In this document: positions 38,101-52,103 of the stretch, one piece after another
Layout: the number at the start of each line of letters is the position of its first letter
Numbering within the stretch: position 1 is the first letter of the stretch
Source of the DNA: Hydrolagus affinis
Lineage: Eukaryota
Assembly (NCBI GenBank): GCA_012026655.1
Contig: JAAILG010001542.1
Coordinates: 1-64,000, forward strand
Direction: 5' to 3'
DNA length: 64,000 bases
Position numbers and translations under genes: made by a program
The notes under the pieces: model-generated
Told to the model about the DNA's origin: nothing
The model's database searches: none
What the model saw: only the letters and a program-made list of their open reading frames with translations

Positions 38101-40496
38101 AACCTTTCCGACATTACCTGTATCTTTTTTAGGATCATGTATAATGTACTTGAAAGGTAAAGCTTCAGGTACATCATTATTATGGTTTAAAAAGGTAGAA
38201 CATATGAGGTCTCCCTTTCTCGTTTCTGCTGCTGATTGGGTTACAATATCAAATCCATCATGAATATAATGACCAGGTTACATCTTCGATAAAGTTAAAT
38301 GCCTCAATAACAATGTTCTTTTCATCCTGGCAATAATACTGCCCGACCTACAACACATTAAAGTTGCACTTGTGAGCAATGCTATCAATAATTGTGAAGT
38401 CCAAACGCTTGAAATGAAATAAGATGGTTATGTACTGCCCTTTCACTTTGGAGGCTGAAGTTAAATTCCAGCCATGTTAATCTTTCTCTGCTAGCCTCTT
38501 AAGGACATATATGAAATACAACTCAGTACTAATGCATTCTACACCAGATTGTAGGTGCACAGGTAGCCAGCAACAAATGTTTTTTTTTTAAATGGCACAC
38601 AATTAACCTGTGTGCAACAGATTTGTGATTTTGCAATTTAACATATCGAACGGAGTACATATTATACACGCTCATCAGCAAGGAAAAAAAATGTACTGAA
38701 CACGTATAAAGATTTATTAGCACTCTCAAAGCAATCCCTATGGCCCTCAAGAGTTGGAATATTTCCATATGTGGCCTTCAGCCAAAAACAATTTGACACC
38801 ATTGATGTGACACATCTGTGTGGTCACTAATGTTACTGACGGTTAGTAACTAAAGAGTCAGTTCAAAGTTAAGGGTCCAACTAACTTAGGGAATTTGGTT
38901 ACAATTAAACCTTTTTATTTTGCCAGCCAGTACAGTGAAAACAAAACATAGAGAAGATTATATAATTAATGTAGTACCACTTAACACAGTTGAATAGTGG
39001 GGCAGGTTTCACCACTTGCTCAGATGGAATGTTTTGTGTAATCGAAAGGCAGCATTCACTGCCTTTAAGGTGACTGCTGTGAAATTGTCACAAAGTACCA
39101 ATGCTGAACATGAGTGACAAAAATGTTAATTGTAGTTATGGGCGGATCGCTACCAGTTTTAATGAACTTGGGTTCCCTATTAATTTACAACAGAGAGCAA
39201 GACAATTTCCTTACTCAAAGAGCAATAAATGTTTGGAATAATCTTCTCAATCAGTTAAGCTGGGTGGTGCTCCTGAATAGGGTTTTTCATATACGAAATC
39301 CAAATCATGCAAATGGGGATTGCCAAGAATGTCACGGTGACCCAAGGAAACGCGAGAAAATTTCCTCCCAGAATGGAATTTGTCCCAGGTCAACAGGAAT
39401 TCTTAAAGGGATTTTTTTGGTTCAAGGTCTTCAATTAAAAAATGCCAAAATTTATACCAAAACATCAGAAGTGTGAGAAATGACCATCAAAGCTTAACCC
39501 GATAGCACATAAATTCTGCAGAGGTGATCATCTAATTGGGGTTTCAATTTCAGCATTTATGACACTCATCAAGCAAAAACAGCTGCTGGACAAGATCACT
39601 GGTGCTTGTAAATGGATCATATACAGCACCACATTCACATCCGCAGGACTCCTATGGTTCTATTCATAGGGAATCGGGGGCTGTTGATTAACACAATCAA
39701 ACCATAATACTTATGATGCCTAACCTACCTGCTAAAGATGAAAGGTGTTTCAGAATATTTTTAAAACCGGTTGTTGAAAAAAAATATTTCAGGCGAGAAT
39801 GTAGACTGACCATTAAACAGGATACTTTGTTATCAAAAAGGTGCAGCAGTCAATGTTATGACACAATTCTAGTATAAAGCATCACTTTGGTTACAGAAGT
39901 GAAATGCATTTTAAAATTAATTACTTGCTGCTCCCATGAAGTACTTCCGTTGGTATAAACCAAAACAAGTTTCTACAGATCTATTTTAAAGTTTCTATGG
40001 CATCAGAGAAGGTCTTTCATTAAGGTGCTCATTAATCATCTTCAGCTTTTAACATCCGACTTCCAACCACACCTAAGCACATTCCGAGCACACTTCATTT
40101 TCCTATATTTAGGTTTCATATGGCCTTTAAAATATTGTTTTTTCCAGTGAATTTTTATTAAAAGATTGTTTTGGAAAATGTATACCGATGGATTTCCGTC
40201 GAACTATCTCAAGTCGGCCTTTCATTTTCGAGTGAAGTATTGAACTATGGTGTTAAGTGAAAATAAAATGAACCACAAAGGATTCCTGGAAATCCTCGAT
40301 TCCTAAAAGCTGCTATTTCCACTGCCTAAAGAAATAATAGAACATGAAGGAACTGCTTAAAAAGAAAGATATTAAGGTATGCTGAAAGTGCTGCAATGTT
40401 TTTGAGCTTTTAAAAAGGACATTAGGGAATAAATGCTTTGTAGTAAATGTGTCCAACGAAAATCTTTCAAAGGCCCCAAATGAAAGCATGATAAAA

Positions 40497-40640
40497 ATAA
40501 TAATCCTTGCATTCAATATTGCGCCTTTTCAAGTTGTTGAGGCATTTTAAAGTGCTTCACAGGATATATTGTAGTGAATTGATTTTGTATTTTGTGAGCA
40601 AAATGCAGCAGCCAATTGTGTACAGCAGTGCTGACCAACT
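40497..40640 (-). mobile_element. SINE 3' fragment
   Basis: ATAATAATCCTTGCATTCAATATTGCGCC...GCAGCCAATTGTGTACAGCAGTG. Confidence 0.8.
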
Positions 40641-41389
40641 GCAAGGCATGAAACAATATGCAATCCACTGCATGAAATGGGTGTATTCTTCCTAAAGGAG
40701 GTTTATCAGCCAAAAGGAGCAGAGATGGTGAAAGGGGAAGGAGGTGGTCAGGGAAATAATAACCTGTAGCAATACTGAAGTCAAGATCCATCTCGAGGTC
40801 ATGGCATTGGTGCACCTCTCCAGAGGACTTGGGTGTCTACACCTGGAAACGCATGAGTTGTTGGAGAAGGAAGAACAGAGGTTTGGTTGACATCCCCTGG
40901 CTATCATGTAGACATTAAAGAAAAAGCAATGTCGTAACTTGACATAGCGGAGGGGGGAGAACTGCTTGGAGCAGTTGCTGAGTCTGACAGTGTTAGGGAA
41001 TTGGATTGACATTCACAGTTAATGACTGTACCTCTATTGATTTTAATTCAGCTGCTTGACACCATACATGTACTAAGCCACTATCCTCAGTGCCATCAGG
41101 ACTTGTTTAAACAACAAAAGCATTATTCTTTTTAAACAAATCAGCAGAAAGGGAGAAATACATAAACCACCCTTAATGTTAGGGTATTTCTAGGTATAAT
41201 TGGAAATTGCCTGTTCTGTTCTCCGACAAAATATACACTTTACAGTAAATTTTGCAAAACATTTGAGACATTGTCCTGATGTGAAAAGCACGGCACACAA
41301 TTTGCATTTGTATACATCAAAAGCAAGTACTGTACTGTATTACTATTTTAATTTTTTTATTATGATAGCTAATTTGTTTTAAAACATAA

Positions 41390-41835
41390 ACAACAACAAC
41401 AAAATGATATTACATAGAGCCTTTCACGTTGAGAGGACATCCCAAGGCGCTAGACAATCAATGTTTTGGACCCAAGCTGGGGGGCCGGAATTGGAGAGGA
41501 TGGATGGGAAGGTGGGAGGAAGTGTGATCAAAGGCACGGTCGAAGAGGAAAGTCTTGACCCAGGTCTTGAAGGAGGTATGGGAAGGGGCGAGGCTGAAGG
41601 ACTGGTAGATGGAGTTCCAAAAGGTGGGGACAGAGTGGCAGAAGGCCCGGCCACCAACGGTGGGTTGGGCAATGCGAGGGATGTGAAGCAAGCTGGAGCC
41701 TGCTAAGTGGAGGGAGCGACAGGTTGGCAAGGGGTTAGGAGGTTGGAGGGAAGGGGGGAAGGAGGTTGATCAAAACCAAGGATTGCGGGATGGAGTTCAA
41801 GAAGGTGGGAACAGAATGGCTGAAGGCCTGCCTGC
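41390..41835 (-). mobile_element. L2 LINE 3' end (ORF2 C-terminus remnant)
   Basis: ORF 41458..41730 TVGGRAFCHSVPTFWNSIYQSFSLAPSHTSFKTWVKTFLFDRAF is typical of an L2 C-terminus; tail with (AAC)n at 41390. Confidence 0.85.
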
Positions 41836-41999
41836 AAATAGCTGGTATTAAAGAAATATAGTTCCACACTTCCGTTTCAATGTGTAACACCAACACAATG
41901 CTTTAACTGTAATGTTGGTTGCTTCGACACTTCATTTCATAAATCCACTGTAAGCATAAATAATCATTAAACAGCTGTTTCAGATGATCTCATAAACAT

Positions 42000-42215
42000 T
42001 TATCGCATAGAAGGAGATAATTCTGCCCACAAGTCTAATCTGGTCCAAACTCACACACAAGTTAATTACGCTTATCCCAATTCTCTGCTCTTTTCTCCAA
42101 ACCTTTTATATTCTTCCTCTTTAAATGTATACTCTTTTGAAAATGTAATAGTCTTATCCTCAATAACCACTTCCATGCTCTAGTAAAACCCTGCATGAAA
42201 AAGTTTCTTCTAATC
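42000..42215 (-). mobile_element. Degenerate CR1 3' end
   Basis: CATAGAAGGAGATAATTCTGCCCA...TTCCATGCTCTAGTAAAACCCTGCATGAAAAAGTTTCTTCT. Confidence 0.55.
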
Positions 42216-44739
42216 TTTGTCCTAACTCTTGCACTGACAATCCTGAGCTAAAGCTTTTGATCTGCAGAGAAGTTTGTTAAAATGTACAAATTGATGAATC
42301 CACAAAAGCCTAATGAACAGAAATCCAAAGTCTCTAGGCAATGTTACTTCTTAAATAAAAGGTGGGACAGATTTTTGGCTCAGTCATATGAATTGACTCT
42401 TTTTGAACTTTTGAAGTGTGTTTGCTCTCGGCCACTTCATGGTTGCTTGACAACAGAAAATAAACTTTGTTTTAATTTCTGTCACTCGTACAGGACACAC
42501 AATTCTATTTTTCTCCCCATTAAACCTTTAGAAGGCCAGGAAATACAGTACATGCCTGGTTCAAATAATAAATTCCACACAATTGCAACATTATTTTCCA
42601 TGCTGTAACACACGCTGTGAACTTGGCATAATTTTCCCACCACAAACGTCACTTCAACAATGAGAAACAAAACCACTGAAGTAAAACTCTAATAAGGGTG
42701 TTATTGATTATCTTTTTATTTCTGATTATGAAGGAAACATGATGCTTTCATTACATGATGATAGTCAAGCTCATGATGCTTTTACTTTGAGGGAAAAATG
42801 GGTTAAGAAATGAACATGATGTTTTAGAATCTTCAAACGTTAAATTAGCAAGCGAAAGCCTTTAGTTCTGAACACATTCCTAAATGCCACACCAGTTTCA
42901 GAATAATGGTACTGTATCTTTTAACTTCTCGTGCCCAATAAAAAATAGTCCTTTTGTGTTCACTATCAAAATTACTTGGCAGAAATCTTGGAATTGGACC
43001 AGTTTGGCACTGTGCTCAAAAGTAGCCCCCAATATGAAACGTTCCAGGTTTCTCACATATAAGGACTTTATAGTGGTTTTTTTTAACTGATTCTCACCAC
43101 TAAATACCCTGCACATTCCCTGCAATCGATATAGTCAATCAGTAAAAAATAATCTTTACACAAATTAAATTGTTACAATCTGGATTCGCTAGAGATATAA
43201 TTTAATCGATGTCTGTGATTGTGTGAGTGCATCCCACACCACTGCTGCAGCCAAGCGAATTTCAGGATCCAAGGGTTAAACGGGTATTTCAAAAACAACA
43301 GACCATGAAAATCTCTCCCGAAACTAGAGCAAATTTCGCAAATTATATGAATAAAATAAACTTCAATTAACCTTACTCATGTTAAACTATAGTCTATGTT
43401 ATATCTGAAGTGTCTATATGGATAACACTGACTTATTCATTTTGCTATTATGCCCCTTTTGTCTGGCTTAACTAATTGTTCCCCCCTCCCTACCCCCACC
43501 CCTGTGGCTATTTACAATATACTGAACCTGCCATTTCAATGAATGTCTTCCCATTTTGAACAGCTTAATCCACGTTTAAAAAAAGGCAGATTTGAGTTAC
43601 CAGTCAGTGTGTAGAGCAGTCAATCGTCCTGAAGTTCGGATTTTCTGTGTCCTATCAAACAATATAGCAGCAGCAACATACTACAGCCACACATGCTTTC
43701 CACCAAAGGACTTTTAATGATGTCAGTCTCCGCTTGTGACATGCATAAAAACTGTGCATGTGGAGGTGGGGGGAAGCGAGGGAGGAAGGAGACAGAAATC
43801 AAAATGTATCATCAGTTCATACAGACAACAAATAATAGTGTTCGTCTGAAGCAGAAGTGATGTGTGACTGGCAAAGTTTTCCCTGCTGATTGCTGTGTTA
43901 GGTGGACAACCACGATCCAGAGACCCAGAAACCATTGCAGATGGCATGACTGCTGCCCAGGTAAAATCAGTCATTTGGCACAGGCTGATAGATACTCACT
44001 TAATGGTCGTGTGGTGCCTAACAATAATGCACTGGCATGGGGTGAAACACATGATAGTCTCTTGTCAAAACAACCATTGTCCATATAGACACTTCAGATG
44101 AAGGCTGACTGCTTCATCAGGGCGGACTAATTTATGGTGATTAGTCTTGCCTGGATAGGGAAGCCAAGTAAATGTTGTGAAATTGCAGTGTGCCCTACAA
44201 ATTCACACAACAAACACAAAGTCTGAAATCAGAAAGCTTGCAAAGCTTCAGAAAGGATTTGAAAGTGCATGAGAATCTGCTTATTCTGATTCAGAAACTT
44301 GGCACTGACTGAATGGCTGTGTCGGGCATGTTCAGATGGCATGCCTCTTTGTCGAAGGGGTGAAATGAGGGGGCTCAGGGCTGATCCAAACGTGTCAAAT
44401 CGATGCCCTGGTGAGAAAATAAAACTGAACCAAAGAAATAAAATGACTGTGTTGTCGGCATTCTCAAGATGGCTGTAGCGTTGAAAGGGAAGCAGGGTGT
44501 GAAACAGATATGTCCCAACATCACGAGGAAACCCTTCAGCCAGACCTTTTGATTTCAATCTTCCAGAATACCAATCCTTCTGTCTTGTCATTACATCAAG
44601 TGGTTTCCTAAACAAATTCAGCTTCCTGACCTTAGCCACCTCTCTATTCAGCTGTTAATTATCCTCCATGTAAAGAAATACTTCCAGTTGTCTTATCGTA
44701 GCCCAGAACCTGTGACCACATGTCATGCGACCTTGGCAT

Positions 44740-45000
44740 ATCTGAACGGATTTTTGTGTCTTTACTTTCTCGAGCATTTTATATTCAGCTTTTTCTGCAA
44801 CTTATCCAGCCATTCCTGATAACTCTCCCTCTAACAATGGGGTTCAGCCTTGCGGCTCTCCTTTGCACTGCCTCTAAGATGTGGTCAGGCTCCTTATGTT
44901 GCAGTACCCAGATTGTATGCAATACTTCAGGTACATTCTGATCAGCGCACTTCAGATGCTAATGTCTATCACCTCTCTAATCTTTAATGACTATTATGCC
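44740..45000 (-). mobile_element. Old CR1 ORF2 fragment
   Basis: CCCAGATTGTATGCAATACTTCAGGTACATTCTGATC reads as a degenerate R..L.YC.Q.W-type motif on the minus strand. Confidence 0.45.
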
Positions 45001-45801
45001 TTTGATCATCATTTGATTCTCATCTGAGAAACTTGCTTCTCCAAATTCCATCCAATATCCCTTTCTGTTTTTTTCTTTTGACCCAGTCTGCAGTATATCT
45101 TTATATGTCTGTTGCTTGCTCCTGTTTTTTTACAGGGTGATTCATGGAATGCAACTGTAAATTAAGAATACTGCACCCTTCCTCCGGGGGGGAAACTAGC
45201 CTGCTCTTACCTCAGCTCATTGTTGTTAAATATTTCCTAATTTATTTTTCTTTCCCAATCTGTTATTTGGCGAGGGCTAAGTTTGGAAGTGCACATGTTT
45301 CCAAGAATCAGCTTGTAAATATATTTTTATTTTACAAAATTGGCAAGTTTAGTATTTCTCCAGTCTGGCTTCAGCAATGGCAGTGGCACTGGGAAGTGAA
45401 CCAATGCAGCTGTACTAACCACATGTGGACAAAGTTATCCAAAAATTGTCATCTTTCTGCCAAACTGTCCCTCCCTTCCTCATAAAAGTAAAGAAAAACA
45501 AAATTTCAGCGAAGGTAAAACTGGTTTGTTAAAGGCTTAATGACTACCTCCGACCATTAACTTCCTCCAAAATACAGAATGTTTATTCAGCACCACTCAT
45601 ACCTTTCCAGTTGTTTATCCCAAAGGTAAATTTGCCTGGTGACTCATAACTGCCAATAGGATTCATTTATTGTTTAACCAGTCAAATGGACTTTTTTTCT
45701 TATACTAAAACAGTTTGTAAAAATTTTACCTCGAATTTGGATTGAATCTGCATTCATTGTGTGGCAAAACAAATCAGTTTTACACATCAAATGTCAAATT
45801 T

Positions 45802-46213
45802 AATAATAATACACATCCTTTGGCATAGCCTCTTTCACATTGCGAGGACGTCTCAAAGCGCTTTACAGGATTTACCGTAAAGCAGAGTGATTGTATTTTA
45901 TTGGCAATCATGATAGCCAATTAGCACACAACAATATCCCATAAACAACTTTGAAGTGAATGACCAGTTTTAGTTGGGAGATTGTTGATCTGATCACTGG
46001 GTGAAACTTCTTCCTCTATTGAATAGTCCCATGGAATCTTTTACATTCATCTGAGCAGGCAGACTAGCCCCTAGGTTTAACATAAAAAAGGTTCCTCAAT
46101 TGGCACTGCAGTGCTCCTGCCTGCACTACATAACATCGTGAGTTCAAAGTCCAATGTGAGGCTTGAATCTGGAAATCTTCTGGCTCTGAGAATGCACCCA
46201 ACCCAACTGAACC
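45802..46213 (-). mobile_element. Old full-length DeuSINE
   Basis: Tail TTTCACATTGCGAGGACGTCTCAAAGCGCTTTACAG; Deu-like CCATGGAATCTTTTACATTCATCTGAGCAGGCAGAC...GGTTTAAC; B-box-like GGCTTGAATC. Confidence 0.7.
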
Positions 46214-49200
46214 CGGCTGTACTGCCTTAATGAGTACATTATAAATGGTGTTCTCATTAAGCCAATTTCATGGCAACTTTTCTAACTTAAAAAGGATGTA
46301 AATCCAAAGTTTGATTGGACAACATTTAAGATATTTATTAATTTTCCTAAAGAACTGGCCACATTCCAAACTTAAATTAAATTTAAAATTAATCTACGAA
46401 CTGAAATGTTTTGGGGCTTCACCACTATCCAGTCCAATTTCTACATTGCTCTTTCTGGGTTAGTAACACTAACTTAATTACCCCTGACTCAGACTGCCAT
46501 CTCTGTCACTACCAGCATGGTTAGTTGCCTGGTTCTCTGACTAAACTCATAAGGCTGGTTGAAAATGTGTAAATTTTCATTCCCGATAAACCAACAAGAC
46601 ACATAGGAAATCGAGCAGGCAAAGCTAACCTCACAATAGCTCCATTGTGTGCAACACACTGATAAAAATCACTTGGCACTCACTGTATCAAAACACAAGA
46701 CAAAAGATTTCTGTGTGCTTAAGATAATATTCAAAAAGCCATTTAACAACAGGTGTGCTAAGGGTAAACAAAGCAACACAATATGACCAACGCAGTCATT
46801 CTATGTGGGAAGTCTTCCGAAGTGATAGGCACTATACAAATGTAATTTTGTTGTTGTTGTTACGACACACAAAACATAAAGCTCACTTCCCTTACTCTCC
46901 TCATTGTTCAAACTGAGATTAAAATGGCTAATTGAACCTTTTGAAACTCTCACATCTCTTCAGTGGGAAGTGGAGAATCAGAAACAAACACTGTTTTGGG
47001 GTATTTAACATTTATAATAGGATATTGTTTTACCACAGCATCAGCACTTGAAAACAATTGCAGTCGTAAGGAAGGGATTAAATTGTCCTTTAAAAATGCA
47101 GGTTTACAACAGCACCAAGTTTGCTTCTTGTCTGGCTCCTGTCCAACACACAGAGCAATCTTCCTCACATTGAGATTTGAGACATCAATAAATGAAAAAC
47201 TGACACTGACCTGGCGTTCCCACTGCACAAGACACTGTAAGACTGAGTCTACAGTGTCAAAACTTACCATGTCTGCCCCTCCCCACCACTTTCCAGTTCA
47301 TCAAACTTTTTTTAAAATATATTATGGCAACACTTTTACTCTGCACTTGGTCATATCAGATCATTGAAATGACAGATTTTGTGACAAGCGATGCTCTGTG
47401 TGTTTTCTTTGTAATATAATGGTATATTGTGAGCATCTCAAGCCCATCCCGTGACACGCCTCAAACCAGCTTTAATATCCTAGACAACTTGCCTCATCAC
47501 TAACCATTGCCAACTAATTTTCAACCTGTTTAATGCTGATAGAGACCTTAATAACAAACAAAAGTAAATAGCAGAAAGCACACTTTGTGACTATTAGTGT
47601 ACTTAATGGCTTCAGATTACAGCAAAAAACTGGCCCTACTCCATCCTCTGAGTTGGTATTATCTGCTTTGGATGTGAGTGTGCCATTAATCTCATAAGGA
47701 TATATGAGAAAATCTGAATTTTTAATTGTTTTATGTGTTGAGTCCTGATCATGACTGGCTTTGGTTAAAGAGACACTTCTTTCATATTAGCGCTCTACAT
47801 GCCTCACCGTGACGCTTCAATACGATTCATGTTAAAATGCAACAGTGAGCCATAAATGTCACTGTCACTGCCGTGCAATGACTTCATGAGGCGCTGCTCC
47901 CCTCCCTCCCAATAAAAATACTGCTTTTATATAGTGCTGGAGTAGTTACCTCTTGCCAATGGGATGATATAAATATGAAATATAGCATTGCCATATATAA
48001 GGCTTATTTTAAATTAAGTATCACAAGCGTCAGTTCACAAAAGAAATCGTAAATTAAACAGACACGAAAAAAGTTATAATTTATTCTTGCACTAAATAGC
48101 CATGGTATCCCCAAATTACTTTAAAAGACTAGTTTTTGTCTTTATTTATAAGCTTAATTTTAGCTGCTCTGCAAACAAAAGGTCAGCACAACTGTAGCGA
48201 AAATTCAGATGGTTGACAAGGTAGGTGGGGGATGGGGGGGTGGGTTGGACCATCGCCTTTATAGGAAAAGCAATTAACAGGTGGGAGGAGGGAGGGGCGA
48301 TAGAATGCTTGACAGGATTTCACAAACTTTGGGACCAGCCAGATGAGCCATAATGATTTCCTCCCTACTCCCAACCCTCCAGTCCTGTATATTCCGTGCA
48401 ACATTGTCACTGAATTGGAAACAAATGGCCTAAATGGCATCAAAACAGCTGACACATCAAGAAAAGCTCATTCTGGCTTTGGTTTAATTGAAACTGAATT
48501 TGCTTCTACATGTAGATTGATGTGAGTTGGCTCCGGTCATTTCCTGCCCAAGTCACGAATATGGTTAGCCACATTCAAACAATTTTTAAGTTTAGATTCA
48601 TGTAGAAAAAAGCCAAAATTGTTTCAGATTATTATGTATCGATATTGATTGGGCTTCACCCTCTAACCTGTACAAGCAAAACACATGCAGACAACCAACG
48701 CTAACCTATTCCCACTGAGCGCATAAGCAACGTGTTCAGCTGCTCTGCCCCACAATTACACTGTTTCTACTACACATGTCGGTGGACTTAGTAATATTGT
48801 GTGCAGAGGATAAAATAAAATTCAACACATGGTTTGTGGACTGGTGCCACCAACCTCTGCTCTTCACCCTTGGGTTCCCAACACTATGACTGACAGTAAC
48901 TGAGGACTAAAGAACACAGATCAGTGCAACAGTACACAAAATGCATGTTGCAGCAAATCAATAAGGCTTGCGTTTCACAGGAAGGTTTATCTGCCTCACA
49001 TCAGTGCACAGAAACAGTAATTATGGGGAGCTGCAGCTTTAAAGGAAAAGTCCAGGCTGAATGTGATACCTACTTATTACCCTTCAATGCTCTAATTACC
49101 AGCACAGCAGAAAAGTACCTTTCAATGTTTATATCTTTCGTTTGCAACCACAATAAAATGTTACAAGAATTTCATTTCCAGCATTATCCAGTGACAGGGT

Positions 49201-49747
49201 GCCTTCACAACATCTGATGCTGATATTGGCCATTGAGGCACTTCAATAAATGCTCACTTTAAAGCACAGTGTTCAAGGTTCAATTATTGGTGTTCACCTG
49301 CGTACTTTTTGTCATGGTGTTCTGGCGAGCAATAATTCTGCCAGGCAGACTGGATGAAAGCCCAGCTTGGAGCATAATAAACACATGGTTTCTACTTTTT
49401 TTAAATATATATAGTAGTACATCTTGAAATCGCATAGATTCCCTATTCCTTAGGCCTTCCAGGATCCGATGTGAAAAGCATTATAATAAATGCAATTTGT
49501 TGTTGACTGTCAGCAAGTCACTGACAGAAAACAAGAAATTTGTAAAATTCGCAGACAAGAGTGGCAAACTGAAAATATTCTGGTATGGTCACAGACTGTA
49601 TCAGGTAGTGGAAGGTCAAATGTGCAGCAATTTCTAACAGGATTCTTCAACAAGAAACCCCCTTCCAATAACCAGAAGCATGCCAACCCATGGAGCTCTG
49701 AAAATAAGAGAAATCTTATAACTAAACTATCATAAAAATCATATTAT

Positions 49748-52103
49748 AGATCAGTATGCCGAGGAGCCAACCAGGGAACAGGCCATATTAGACTTTGTTT
49801 TGTGTAATGAAACAGGCCTGATCAGCAAACTGGAAGTTAAGGCTCCTCTAGGGCAAAGTGATCATAATATGATGGAATTTAGCATTAAGTCAGAGAGGGA
49901 AGTAGTTAAGTCTGAAGCAAAGGTCCTAAATTTAAATAGAGCCAACTTTGTTGGTATGAGAGAGGATTTAGCCAAGATAAATTAGGAAATTAGACTTAAG
50001 GATTTGACAGCAGAGCAGCAATGGCAGACATTCAAGGAGATAGTGCAAAATTCCCAATGAGCACGTATTCCTTTGAGGAATAAGAATGCCGTGGGAAAGA
50101 TGGTCCAACCGTGGCTAACTAGAGCAGTTAGGGAAAGTATAAAGTTAAAAGAAGAAACCTATAAAACAGCTATGGTGAGTAGTAAACCCGAGGATTGGGA
50201 GAGCTTTAGGGATCAACAAAAGAGAACCAAAAAATTGATCAAGAGGGAGAAAATAGAATATGAGGGCAAACTAGCGAGGAATATAAAGACAGACTGCAAG
50301 TGTTTCCACAAATATATAAAGAGGAAAAGGCTATCAAGGGTGAATGTGGGTCCGTTACAGGCAGAGACAGGGGGAATTATAATAGGGGACAAAGACATGG
50401 CAGAGTCGTTAAACAAGTACATTGCTACTGTCTTCACCATAGAAGGCAATAAAAACCTACCAAGAGTAAAGGGGAACCAAGAAGACAATGTCAGCGAGCA
50501 ATTTAGGGAGATTAATATTAGTAAAGAAATGGTTTTAGGTAAATTGTCAGGTCTTAAAACCGATAAATCCCCTGGACCTGATGACCTGATGGCCTAGAGT
50601 TTTAAAGAAGGTGGCTACTGAGATAGTGGATGGCGTGTCTATAATCTTCCAAAATTCTCTGGATACTGGAAAAGTTCCCATTGATTGGAAGATTGCAAAC
50701 ATAACTCCACTATTTAAGAAGGGTGGGAGAGAAAACATGGGGAACTATAGACCATTTAGTCTGACATCAGTGGTAGGGATAATTCTTGAGTCCTTAATTA
50801 AAGACATCATTATGGGATATCTGAAAGACCATAACAAGATTAGACAGAGTCAGCATGGCTTTACAAAAGGGGAGTCATGCTTAACTAATCTTTTAGAGTT
50901 TTTTGAGGATGTATCTAGCAGGTTGGATAGGGGGAACCAGTAGATGTAGATATTTAGATCTTAAGAAGGCATTTGATAAAGTGCCACACAAAAGGCTATT
51001 GCACAAAGTCAAGGCCCACAGGATTAATGGGAACATTTTAGCATGGATAGAAGAGTGGCTAATGGGTAGAAAACAGAGAATAGGGATAAACGGGTCATTC
51101 TTCAAATTGGCAGGAAGTAACTAGTGGAGTGCCACAAGGATTAGTGCTTGGGCCTCAGCTATTTACATCAATGATCTAGAAGAGGATATTGAATGTAAAG
51201 TGTCTAAATTCGTGGATGACACTAAACTAGGTAGGAGAGTCAGCTGTGAGGATGATGCAAAAAGATTGCAACGGGATATAGATAGACTAGGGGAGTGGGC
51301 GAGTAGGTGGCAGATGGAATTTAATGTGGGGAAATGTGAAATTATTCACCTAGGCAGCAAAAATAAAAAAACTAATTATTTTCTAGACGGGGAGAGGTTA
51401 AATAGTGTTAGTGTTCAAAGGGATTTGGGTGTCCTTGTACACCAGTCTCAAAAAGTTAGCTTGCAGGTGCAGCAAGCAACTAAGAAGGCAAACAGCATGT
51501 TAGCATTCATTGCAAAAGGTTTAGGGTTTTTAATGCTCAATTACTCAAGAGTAGGGAAGTCTTACTGCAACTGTATAGGGCCTTGGTGAGACCGCACCTA
51601 GAGTATTGTGTGCAGTTTGGATTTCCTTATTTAATAAAGGACATACTTGCCTTAGAGCTGGTGCAGCGTAGATTCACTAGGTTAGTTCCTGGGATGAGGG
51701 GACTGACCTATGAGGATAGGTTGAATAAACTAGGGCTGTATTCTCTAGAGTACAGAAGAATTAGGGGAGATCTTATTGAAACATATAAGATTCTTAAAGG
51801 ACTGAATAAAGTAGACAGTGAGGGACTGTTTCCCCTGGTACGAGAATCTATAACCAGGGGTCATAATCTTAAAATTAAGGGTCAGCCTTTTAGAACAGAA
51901 GGCTGTAGATGCTCAGTCCTTGAATATTTTGAAGGCTGAGACTGATAGATTTTTAAAAAATAGAATGATTAAGGGATATGGGGATAGGGCAGGTAGCTAG
52001 AGTTAGGTCAGAAGATCAGCCATGATCTTATCAAATGGCAGGGCAGGTTCGAGGGGCCGAATGGCCTACCCTGCTCCTAATTCTTATGTTCTTATGTTCT
52101 TAT
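49748..52103 (+). mobile_element. 5'-truncated CR1 LINE (about 2.35 kb) with disrupted ORF2 (endonuclease end plus reverse transcriptase)
   Basis: ORF pieces contain SDHN, KSPGPD, NYRPFSLTSV, QHGF..G.SCLTNL, YLDLKKAFDKVPH, KFVDDTKL, RPHLEYCVQ and LGLYSLEYRRIRGDLIETYKIL, with stops and frameshifts. 3' end GGGCCGAATGGCCTACCCTGCTCC then (TTCTTATG)n; candidate TSD TATCATAA at 49728-49735 and 52101-52108. Confidence 0.97.

Noticed and set aside
40710-41000. Possible LINE endonuclease remnant (GDVN and HDL..DLD-like peptides on the minus strand)
   Set aside because: Too degenerate to call with confidence by eye.
49800-51939. Reverse-transcriptase ORFs as a functional gene or novel RT system
   Set aside because: They are pieces of one 5'-truncated CR1 with stops, frameshifts, a degenerate catalytic motif (FVDD) and an apparent internal deletion near 51900.
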